The notes beneath the pieces are model-generated. The model saw only the letters and a program-made list of their open reading frames with translations, did not search any database and was not told the DNA's origin. A DNA stretch of 63,924 nt, the filler included. It is 7 parts of 7 records of this genome, joined end to end, with 100 filler letters (N's around TTAATTAATTAA, not from the genome) between each part and the next. Parts side by side here need not be neighbours in the genome. Positions count along the whole stretch, not along the records: positions 50,981 to 58,204 come from DRR723986_8626; positions 58,305 to 63,924 come from DRR723986_8634; 5 more parts are not named here. One strand, 5' to 3'. The first letter of the stretch is position 1, and each line of letters begins with the position of its first letter. The position numbers and the translations under genes are program-made. Of the stretch, positions 56,230 through 63,924 are shown piece after piece.

Positions 56230-56982
56230 ATGGACCAGCAAAACGCAAAAACCACGCATTTCGGGTTTCAAGACATCCCCGAAGAGGAGAAAGCCGGCCG
56301 CGTGCGCGGTGTGTTTGGCTCGGTTGCCTCGAAATACGACATCATGAACGATGTGATGAGCGTGGGCATCCACCGGCTGTGGAAAGACGCCATGATGGAT
56401 TGGCTGGCCCCACGCCCCGGCACCCGCCTGCTGGATGTGGCCGGCGGCACGGGCGATATCTCGTTTCGCTATCTGGCGCGCGCGGGCAATGCCCATGCCA
56501 CCGTGCTAGACCTGACCGAACCCATGCTGATCGAAGGGCGCAAACGCGCCGAGGCCACGCAGCAGGCCAACCAGCTGGATTGGGTGGTGGGCGATGCCAT
56601 GGCCCTGCCTTTCGACGATAACAGCTTTGATGTTTACACAATCAGCTTTGGCATCCGCAATGTTACCCGCCCCCAAGAGGCCTTGAACGAGGCCTATCGC
56701 GTGCTGCGCCCGGGCGGGCGGTTGATGGTGCTGGAATTTAGCCAAATTCCCAACGAGATGATGCAAAAAGCCTATGATCTGTATTCCTTTAACATCATCC
56801 CGCGCATGGGACAGCTGATTGCCAATGACCGCGACAGTTACCAATATCTGGTGGAATCCATCCGCAAATTTCCCGATCAAGACACGTTCCTGGGCATGGT
56901 GCGCAAGGCCGGTTTCGGCAACGCGAAATACCGCAACCTAAGCTTGGGCATCGCCTGCCTGCATTCGGGCTGGAAGCTGTAA
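56230..56982 (+). CDS. ubiE: Ubiquinone/menaquinone C-methyltransferase
   Basis: [34 protein letters not shown] and YQYLVESI. Confidence 0.96.
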   Translation: MDQQNAKTTHFGFQDIPEEEKAGRVRGVFGSVASKYDIMNDVMSVGIHRLWKDAMMDWLAPRPGTRLLDVAGGTGDISFRYLARAGNAHATVLDLTEPMLIEGRKRAEATQQANQLDWVVGDAMALPFDDNSFDVYTISFGIRNVTRPQEALNEAYRVLRPGGRLMVLEFSQIPNEMMQKAYDLYSFNIIPRMGQLIANDRDSYQYLVESIRKFPDQDTFLGMVRKAGFGNAKYRNLSLGIACLHSGWKL

Positions 56983-56983
56983 C

Positions 56984-58204
56984 ATGCGCGGGCCTCATAA
57001 TATCTGGCGGCTGATCCGCACCGGTGCCACGTTTGAACGCACCGGGGCGATGGGTGTTGTTTTAGATGCGATGGAGGCCCCCCGCACCCTGCGCATCGTG
57101 TTGCGCGGCCTGGTCTGGCCGTTTCGGTGGCTGGGCTACAGGGGCGATCCCACCATGCCGGCCGCACCCCGGGCGCTTACGGCTTTGGGCCCGGCTTATA
57201 TCAAATTTGGCCAAATCCTATCGACGCGCCCCGATGTGGTGGGCCCAACCCTGGCCAATGAATTGCGCGTGCTGCAAGACAAGCTGCCCCCGTTCAGCCT
57301 AGAGGCCGCCAAACGCAGCATCGAGGCCGAGCTGGAACAGCCAGCCGACCAGATTTTTTCCGCGCTCAGCGAACCTGTGGCCGCCGCCTCGATCGCGCAG
57401 GTGCACCGCGCCCAGTTGCGCAGCACAGGCGAGGATGTGGCAGTCAAAGTGCTGCGCCCAGGTATCGAGCGGGCCTTTCGCAAAGATATCGATGCGTTTT
57501 ATCTGGCCGCCGATCTGATCGAACGGCTGGCCCCATTTGCCCGCCGCCTGCGCCCCACCGATGTGATCGCCCATTTCGAAGGCGTGGTGCTGGGCGAGCT
57601 GGATCTGCGCCTCGAGGCGGCATCGGCCAGCGAATTTGATGCCAACACCAAAAATGACGAAGGGTTTCGCCTGCCGCAGGTGAAATGGCACTATTCCAGC
57701 CGCCGGATCATGACAATGACATGGGCCGAAGGCCTGCCCATGGGCGATAACGACGCGCTGGATCACGCCGGGATCAACCGCGAAGAGCTGGGCGAACGGG
57801 TGCTGCGCCTGTTTTTGAACCACGCCCTGCGCGATGGGTTTTTTCACGCCGATATGCATCAGGGCAATCTGAAAGTGGCCCCGACCGGCGAGATCATTGC
57901 CTATGATTTTGGCATCATGGGCCATATCGATGAATATACCCGCCGCGTTTATGCCGAAATTCTGTTTGGCTTTATCCGGCGCGATTACAAACGCGTGGCC
58001 GAGGTGCATTTCGAGGCGGGCTATGTGCCCGCCGACCGCGATGTCGAGGAATTTGCCCGCGCCCTGCGTGCCGTCGGCGAGCCGATATTCGGCCTTGATG
58101 CCACGCAGGTATCAATGGGGCGGTTGTTGTCTTATCTCTTTGAGGTAACAGAACGTTTTGGCATGCAAACCCGCACCGAGCTGATCTTGTTGCAGCGCAC
58201 GATG
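56984..58204 (+). CDS. ubiB: Ubiquinone biosynthesis kinase-like protein (3'-truncated)
   Basis: LGPAYIKFGQILSTRPD, AASIAQVH, VAVKV, FFHADMHQGN and DFGIMG. Confidence 0.95.
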
Positions 58205-58304
58205 NNNNNNNNNNNNNNNNNNNNNNNNNNNNNNNNNNNNNNNNNNNNTTAATTAATTAANNNNNNNNNNNNNNNNNNNNNNNNNNNNNNNNNNNNNNNN
58301 NNNN
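58205..58304. other. Artificial contig linker
   Basis: N44-TTAATTAATTAA-N44. Confidence 0.99.
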
Positions 58305-58305
58305 G

Positions 58306-58407
58306 CCGGGCTGGGACGAGGCCTATGTCGACATGCTCACCGAGGTCTACGAGGACGACGTGGCCGAGATTGCCGAGATCGAGGGCGTGACGCTCATCAC
58401 GCCCTGA
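58306..58407 (+). CDS. 3' end of a hypothetical protein
   Basis: Open frame PGWDEAYVDMLTEVYEDDVAEIAEIEGVTLITP* with strongly GC3-biased codons. Confidence 0.6.
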   Translation, partial: PGWDEAYVDMLTEVYEDDVAEIAEIEGVTLITP

Positions 58408-58449
58408 CGGAAGGCCCCGGCCCGCTGCCCTGCGGCCGCCGGCTGTGGC

Positions 58450-59205
58450 CTATCCCTTGGGGTCCGTCTCGGGGTCGAGGTCGTAGGGCGGAAGCTGCTC
58501 CAGCGCCTGTTTCAGCGCATCGCTCCAGCCGTCCGACAGCTTGCGGAAATACGGGTCGTCCAACTCGATCCGCCCCTGCCGACCCGCCGCAAGGCCGTCG
58601 GCCTCGTAGAGATGGTAGTCGAAGGGGGCCCCCACCGTCAGGTTCGCGCGGATCGTCGAATCGAAGCTGACCAGCAGCAGCTTCATCGCCTCTTCGAAGC
58701 TCAGGTCCGGGTCATAGGCCCGCACGAGGATCGGACGGCCATATTTCATCTCGCCGATCTGGAAGTAGGGCGTGTCCTCGCCCGCCTCGATGAAGTTGCC
58801 CTCCGGGTAGATCAGGAACAGGCGCGGCGGCCCGCCCTGAATCTGGCCACCCAGCAGGATCGTGGCCCGGAAGGCGCTGTTCGCCTCCTGCCCCGACCGC
58901 GCGTGCCGGTCGATCACGTCCTTCAGGGTCGTCGCCACCAGACGCGCCGCCTGATACATCGAGGGCACCGCCAGCAGCGAAGGCTCGCGCTCTTCGGGGG
59001 CCTTCATGCGCTCTTCGAGTTCCGAGACCACCGCCTGCGTCGTGGCAAGGTTGCCCGCCGACAGCAGCGTCATCATCCGTTCGCCCGGCTTTTCCCAGAT
59101 CTTCATCTTGCGGAAGGTCGAGATGTTGTCGAGCCCCGCGTTCGTGCGGGTGTCCGACATGAACACCAGCCCGCGGTTGATCATCATTCCGACGCAGTAG
59201 GTCAT
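58450..59205 (-). CDS. Anbu proteasome-type Ntn protease
   Basis: MTYCVG (N-terminal Thr), SDTRTNAGLDNISTFRK, AGNLATTQ, IYPEGNFIE and QIGEMKYGRPIL. Confidence 0.92.
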   Translation of the reverse strand: MTYCVGMMINRGLVFMSDTRTNAGLDNISTFRKMKIWEKPGERMMTLLSAGNLATTQAVVSELEERMKAPEEREPSLLAVPSMYQAARLVATTLKDVIDRHARSGQEANSAFRATILLGGQIQGGPPRLFLIYPEGNFIEAGEDTPYFQIGEMKYGRPILVRAYDPDLSFEEAMKLLLVSFDSTIRANLTVGAPFDYHLYEADGLAAGRQGRIELDDPYFRKLSDGWSDALKQALEQLPPYDLDPETDPKG

Positions 59206-59332
59206 GGCCCAGCCCTTCCGTGACGCACGGACCAAGGGACCGCGCAAGCGGATGCAATGCCCAATGCCGCCCTGCGTGGCAAGCGCTTTCACTCGTGCCC
59301 GGTCGCAATCGCCCGGCGCTGCGACGGGTGCG

Positions 59333-60130
59333 CTACTGCTGCGACACCTCTATGGCGACCGAAAGGGCCTCTGCCTCGCCTCCGACGCGTGTGCCGCGCA
59401 CCGGCGCGGCCTCGTCATAGTCGAGCCCGGTGGCGACGCGCACATAGCGTTCGTCCGGAGAGATGCAGTTCGACGGATCGAAGCCCACCCAGCCCAGCCC
59501 CGGCACATGCGCCTCGGCCCATGCGTGCATGGCCTCCTGCGCCTCGCGGTCGTTCAGCATCAGGTAGCCCGAGACATAGCGGGCAGGCAGCCCGAGATGC
59601 CGGGCGCAGGCGACGAAGACATGGGCCATGTCCTGACAGACCCCCCTGCCCTCGGTCAGCGTGTCCTCGGCGGTCGAGGCGCTGTCCGACACGCCGATCT
59701 CATAGGTCACACCCTCGGAAATCGCGCTCATCAGGGCGTGGGCGCGGTCCAGGTCGCTTTCGCCCTCGATCCCGCGGGCCAGCGCCCGGACGTTGGGTCC
59801 GATCTTGGTCAGGGGCGTGGCGCGCCGGTACAGCCACAGCGGCGCGGGGCCGCGATGGCGCCCGACGACGCCGTTGTTGTTGCCGATCTCCACCTCGCCT
59901 TCCGAGGTCACGACGACCTCGGTCGCGCCCTTCTCGAAGCTGATGAGGTTCACGGTATTGTTGTTCTGATCCTCGAAGGTCAGCTCCGGCTTGCCGCCCT
60001 CGATCCGCGTCTCCCACGACAGGATCTTCTGTCCGGCGTGCGGCTTGGGCGTCGTGCGCAGCTGTTGCAGCCCCGAGGTCAGGGGCTCGTCGAAGTGATA
60101 GCGGGTGGTGTGGCTGATCCTGAGTCGCAT
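59333..60130 (-). CDS. Transglutaminase-like protein
   Basis: ISHTTRYHF and triad motifs GVCQDMAH, HAWAE and GFDPSN. Confidence 0.92.
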   Translation of the reverse strand: MRLRISHTTRYHFDEPLTSGLQQLRTTPKPHAGQKILSWETRIEGGKPELTFEDQNNNTVNLISFEKGATEVVVTSEGEVEIGNNNGVVGRHRGPAPLWLYRRATPLTKIGPNVRALARGIEGESDLDRAHALMSAISEGVTYEIGVSDSASTAEDTLTEGRGVCQDMAHVFVACARHLGLPARYVSGYLMLNDREAQEAMHAWAEAHVPGLGWVGFDPSNCISPDERYVRVATGLDYDEAAPVRGTRVGGEAEALSVAIEVSQQ

Positions 60131-60140
60131 GTCCCCTCCG

Positions 60141-61082
60141 CTATTCGTAGAACCGGTAGTCGATTTCGATCTGCCGCCCGATGTCATAGAGCAGACCCAG
60201 CGTCTTCTGGATGTACTCGTGCAGGCCGAAATCGAAGACCGCGTCGATGTCGTAGCTGAGATAGGCGCTTTCGAGATGCACGACCTTGGTGAAGGCGGGC
60301 GCGCGAAAGCCGTAATCCGAGACGAGATAGCCGAGGTTCGCCCGGATCTTGCGGGTGCAGAAGGCCAGGGAGCGCGGCATCCGGCGGTCCAGCACGAGGA
60401 ACTGCGCGATGTCGCGCGGGTCGATGGAGTTGCCGTAGGACAGGCGGAACCCGCCCCGGGCAGAGACCGACCGCAGGATCGTCTCCCATTGCACGTTGTC
60501 CACGGCACTGCCCACGGAAGAGACCGACGGCAGCAGGACGTAGTATTTCACGTCGATGATGCGCGCCGTGTTGTCGGCCCGTTCCAGAAAGGTGCCGATG
60601 CGCGCGAAATCGTAGATGTCGTTGCGCAGCATGGTGCCATGGGTGGCGCCCCGCACCAGCCCGGTGCGCTGGCGGATGCGGCCCAGCACGTTGGGCAGGT
60701 CGCGCTCGCGCACCTTGCGGCCCAGCATCTCCTTCGAGGCCATGTAAGTGCCGTTCATCGCCTCCCAGACCTCTCCGGTCAGGGCGGTGCGCACCATGCG
60801 CGCGTTCTGCCGCGCCCCGAGGATGCAGGACAGCACCGAAGAGGAATTGTCCTTCGACCGCAAGAGCCAGTCGATCGCGTTCTCGCGGCTGACCTCGTCG
60901 TAATGCTGCTCGAAGGCCTCCAGCGAAGAGGCCGTCTGCAGGACCGACCGCCATTCGTCCTCGGTCGATCCCAGCCGCGTCAGGGCGATCCGCTCGCCGG
61001 TTTCGATCAGCCGTGCCGTGTTCTCCGCCCGCTCCAGCAGGCGGTACATCCAGAACAGACCGTTTGCAGTTTTTCCCAGCAT
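60141..61082 (-). CDS. Alpha-E domain protein
   Basis: Two ER motifs: FWMYRLLERAENTAR and GTFLERADNTAR. Confidence 0.92.
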   Translation of the reverse strand: MLGKTANGLFWMYRLLERAENTARLIETGERIALTRLGSTEDEWRSVLQTASSLEAFEQHYDEVSRENAIDWLLRSKDNSSSVLSCILGARQNARMVRTALTGEVWEAMNGTYMASKEMLGRKVRERDLPNVLGRIRQRTGLVRGATHGTMLRNDIYDFARIGTFLERADNTARIIDVKYYVLLPSVSSVGSAVDNVQWETILRSVSARGGFRLSYGNSIDPRDIAQFLVLDRRMPRSLAFCTRKIRANLGYLVSDYGFRAPAFTKVVHLESAYLSYDIDAVFDFGLHEYIQKTLGLLYDIGRQIEIDYRFYE

Positions 61083-62506
61083 CAGTCTTCCAGCACCCAT
61101 GTGTCCTTGGTGCCGCCGCCCTGCGACGAGTTCACCACCAGAGATCCCTTCTTCAGCGCGACCCGCGTCAGCCCGCCCGGGGTGATCTGCACGCCGTTCG
61201 GGCTGCACAGCACGAAGGGCCGCAGGTCGACGTGGCGCGGCGCAAGCCCCGCCCGCGAGAAGATCGGCACCGTCGACAGGCTCAGCGTCGGCTGGGCGAT
61301 GTAGTTGCCCGGACGCGCCTCCAGCTTCTTGCGGAACTCGTTCAGCTCCTTCTTGGTGGCGGTCGGCCCGATCAACATCCCGTAGCCGCCCGAGCCGTGG
61401 ACCTCCTTGACGACGAGCTCCTTGAGGTTGTCGAGCACATAGGCCAGCGAGTCCGGATCGGCGCAGCGCCATGTCGGGACGTTTTCCAGCAGGGCCTTCT
61501 CGCCGGTGTAGAACTCGACGATGTCGGGCATGTAGCTGTAGATCGCCTTGTCGTCGCAGATGCCGGTGCCCGGCGCATTGGCGATGGTCAGGTTGCCCGC
61601 GCGGTAGACGTCCATGATGCCCGGCACGCCCAGGGCGCTGTCGGGGTTGAAGTTCAGCGGATCGAGGAAGTCGTCGTCGATGCGGCGGTAGATGACGTCG
61701 ATGGGCTTGTAGCCCTGCGTCGTCCTCATGCACAGCCGCCCGTCCACGACCATCATGTCATGGCCTTCGACAAGCTCGATGCCCATCTGGTCGGCAAGGA
61801 ACGAATGCTCGAAATAGGCGGAGTTGAAGATCCCCGGCGTCATCACCGCCACCGTGGGCTTGCCCTCGGCGCAGGACGGCGCGCAGGCGGACAGCGATTT
61901 CAGCAGGTCGGTCGGATAGGTCTCGACCGGCTGCACGCGGTTCCGGCTGAAGAGTTCGGGGAACATCTGCAGCATGGTCTCGCGGTTTTCGAGCATGTAG
62001 CTGACACCCGAGGGCGTGCGGCCATTGTCCTCGAGGACATAGAACTCGTCCGGCCCGGTGCGCACGAGGTCGATGCCGACGATATGGGTGTAGATCCCGC
62101 CCGGCGGCTTCACCCCGATCATCTGGGGCAGGAAGGCCTCGTTCTTCGAGATCATCTCTTCGGGGATGCGCCCCGCCTTGATGATCTCCTGCCCGTGGTA
62201 GATGTCGTAGAGAAAGGCGTTGATGGCGCGGACGCGCTGCTCGATCCCCTTGGAGAGCTTTTGCCACTCGCGCCCCGAGATGATGCGCGGAATGATGTCG
62301 AAGGGGATCAGCCGTTCTTCGGCCTCTGATCGGCCATAGACGTTGAAGGTGATGCCGGTGAGGCGAAAGAGCTCTTCGGCTTCCAGCTGCTTGGCGCGCA
62401 GGTCTTTCGGATTCTCACCGTCGAACCATGCGTTGAATGTCTCGTAAGGCTGGCGAAGCTGGCCGTCCCTGCCCCACATCTCATCAAATATCGCGGTGTC
62501 GGTCAT
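61082..62506 (-). CDS. Circularly permuted type 2 ATP-grasp ligase
   Basis: IPFDIIPR, LEDNGRTPSGVSY, NSAYFEH, IYRRIDDDFLDP, GSGGYG and VNSSQGGGTKDTW. Confidence 0.93.
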   Translation of the reverse strand: MTDTAIFDEMWGRDGQLRQPYETFNAWFDGENPKDLRAKQLEAEELFRLTGITFNVYGRSEAEERLIPFDIIPRIISGREWQKLSKGIEQRVRAINAFLYDIYHGQEIIKAGRIPEEMISKNEAFLPQMIGVKPPGGIYTHIVGIDLVRTGPDEFYVLEDNGRTPSGVSYMLENRETMLQMFPELFSRNRVQPVETYPTDLLKSLSACAPSCAEGKPTVAVMTPGIFNSAYFEHSFLADQMGIELVEGHDMMVVDGRLCMRTTQGYKPIDVIYRRIDDDFLDPLNFNPDSALGVPGIMDVYRAGNLTIANAPGTGICDDKAIYSYMPDIVEFYTGEKALLENVPTWRCADPDSLAYVLDNLKELVVKEVHGSGGYGMLIGPTATKKELNEFRKKLEARPGNYIAQPTLSLSTVPIFSRAGLAPRHVDLRPFVLCSPNGVQITPGGLTRVALKKGSLVVNSSQGGGTKDTWVLED

Positions 62507-62702
62507 GAGCGGCCGAGATCCCCCGTTGTCAACCGGGCATGTCCGAGCCGCCCGTTGACGAAAGCGTAGCGCGGGGCACCGCACCCTTCAATGCCTGATA
62601 GCTCAAGGGCTTGCGGAAAATTCAGGCGAGGGTTGCAGGGTCAGGCCGCGAATGCGCGGCGAAACGGGCGGGCGCTCTTGACATTGGCGCCCTGCCCCGA
62701 CC

Positions 62703-62957
62703 TCAGGCCATGCCCAGCGCAGCCTTGTACATCTCCAGCACCGCCTCTTCCTCGGCGATGTCGTCCGCGTCGCGCTTGCGCAGGGCGATCACCTTGCGCA
62801 TGACCTTGGTGTCGTAGCCGCGGCCCTTGGCCTCTGCCATGACTTCCTTGATCTGCTCGGCGACCTCCTTCTTTTCCTCTTCGAGCCGCTCCACGCGCTC
62901 TATGAACTGGGTCAGTTCGCCCGCGGCGACGCCATAGCTGTCCGATGAATCCTGCAT
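62703..62957 (-). CDS. gapR: DUF2312 nucleoid-associated protein (GapR-like)
   Basis: LTQFIERVERLEEEKKEVAEQIKEVMAEAKGRGYD..YKAALGM. Confidence 0.88.
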   Translation of the reverse strand: MQDSSDSYGVAAGELTQFIERVERLEEEKKEVAEQIKEVMAEAKGRGYDTKVMRKVIALRKRDADDIAEEEAVLEMYKAALGMA

Positions 62958-63074
62958 CTGTCTCACTCCGATTGCCTCGGCCATCCGATACCCGAAGCGC
63001 GGCGCGCGCATCAAGGGCTTGCTTCACGGGGCGCGCTTCGCTACCCGCAGCCCGACAACAAGGAGAGACACGCG

Positions 63075-63290
63075 ATGGATTGGCTTGTCTGGGTGGGTGC
63101 CGCCCTGTCGTTTGCCGGGCTTGCGGGGCTGGTCTGGTGCATCGTCACGGTCTGGAAGGCGCGCCGCACCGCCGCCGACGACGAGGCCCTGCGCGCGGTC
63201 GTGCAGCGCATCGTACCGCTGAACATGGGCGCGCTCGCCCTGTCGGTGCTGGGGCTGATGATGGTGATCCTCGGGATCTTCCTCGGCTGA
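63075..63290 (+). CDS. Small two-TM membrane protein
   Basis: SD AGGAG; two hydrophobic helices; PLNMGALALS. Confidence 0.7.
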   Translation: MDWLVWVGAALSFAGLAGLVWCIVTVWKARRTAADDEALRAVVQRIVPLNMGALALSVLGLMMVILGIFLG

Positions 63291-63337
63291 CGGACCGATG
63301 CGGCGCCCCCGGGGGGCCGCCGCGCCTTTGTGTCCCG

Positions 63338-63550
63338 TTAGATCGGCATGTTGTCGAACTGGGCCTCGAGCGCCTCTTCCCGCCGCGCCGCAAGGCGGGC
63401 CCTCGCCCAGCCGGGAACCGGGGCGTCGCGGGCCTCCAACGTCATCACCGCCGTCTCCAGCCCGTCGATCAGCGCCTCGCGCCGACGACCCGTGGCCCGG
63501 TCGATCTCTCCGCGCAGCGCGCCGATCCGGTCATAAAGTTCCTTCGACAT
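63338..63550 (-). CDS. Small conserved hypothetical protein
   Basis: Strong SD GGAGGAGG; helical; ends EAQFDNMPI. Confidence 0.65.
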   Translation of the reverse strand: MSKELYDRIGALRGEIDRATGRRREALIDGLETAVMTLEARDAPVPGWARARLAARREEALEAQFDNMPI

Positions 63551-63573
63551 TGGCTCTCCTCCTCCAGAGATGG

Positions 63574-63891
63574 TCACGCCGCCGCGCAGGACGCGCAAAG
63601 CGGAGTGTCCGGGATCAATTCTAGCCTAGGTTGCGCGATGGCGTCACCGCATTTGACACAGGTTCCGTACTCGCCCCGGGCATACCTTTGCAGGGCGCCG
63701 AGAATGCGGGCGATTTCCTGCTGACCCTGAATGCCCAGACGCTCCATCACCTCGTCATCCGCCCGTTCGATGGCCATCTCGTCCCAATCCTGCGAGTGCG
63801 GCGATTCGAGAGCGGCCTCGATGTGGTCGATCCGCCCAGTCAGCTCCTGCAGGCGTCTGAGCAGCGCGCGCTTCTGGTCGTGATGGGACAT
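63574..63891 (-). CDS. TraR/DksA C4-type zinc finger protein
   Basis: Coiled coil followed by GEYGTCVKCGDAI..RLELIPDTPLCASC; SD AGGAGGAGG. Confidence 0.9.
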   Translation of the reverse strand: MSHHDQKRALLRRLQELTGRIDHIEAALESPHSQDWDEMAIERADDEVMERLGIQGQQEIARILGALQRYARGEYGTCVKCGDAIAQPRLELIPDTPLCASCAAA

Positions 63892-63924
63892 GGTCTCGGC
63901 CCTCCTCCTGTCACAGGACTGATA

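Overview
This window is not one contiguous locus. It is seven contigs (1-14349, 14450-26598, 26699-35589, 35690-45155, 45256-50880, 50981-58204, 58305-63924) joined by artificial 100-bp N44-TTAATTAATTAA-N44 linkers. Gene content points to Rhodobacteraceae (Roseobacter-type). Contigs 4 and 6 look clearly lower in GC than contigs 2, 3, 5 and 7, so the assembly may be a mixed bin. Contig 1 looks accessory. It holds a decayed IS110 fragment, a TPP riboswitch with a ykoFEDC thiamine/HMP ECF transporter, and then the best candidate for an undescribed system: an RpoH-like sigma factor lacking the RpoH box, divergent from an operon of a Cys-tailed MarR regulator, an Mrp/ApbC-DUF971 fusion and a four-domain Nfu fusion, with a palindromic operator between them. 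It ends with bhcBCD (beta-hydroxyaspartate cycle), gap and a maeB interrupted by one in-frame TGA. Contig 2: addB, murU, amgK, tsaE, divL (with a CtrA box), regB-senC-regA, thpR, pfkB, gltX. Contig 3: an aldehyde dehydrogenase, a four-gene Cph1/Rcp1-type signalling cluster and TRAP dctPQ. Contig 4: pcm, nlpD, a frameshifted HTH-PBP regulator, DUF6494-mrp, and the actP/DUF294/sensor-exonuclease cluster. Contig 5: an NRPS whose A domain is interrupted by a monooxygenase, a PPTase and Wzz/BY-kinase genes. Contig 6: dnaN, dnaA, rpsT, mutM, ubiE, ubiB. Contig 7: the ATP-grasp/alpha-E/transglutaminase/Anbu operon, gapR and a DksA-like gene. All family calls come from motif recognition by eye; no database search was run.
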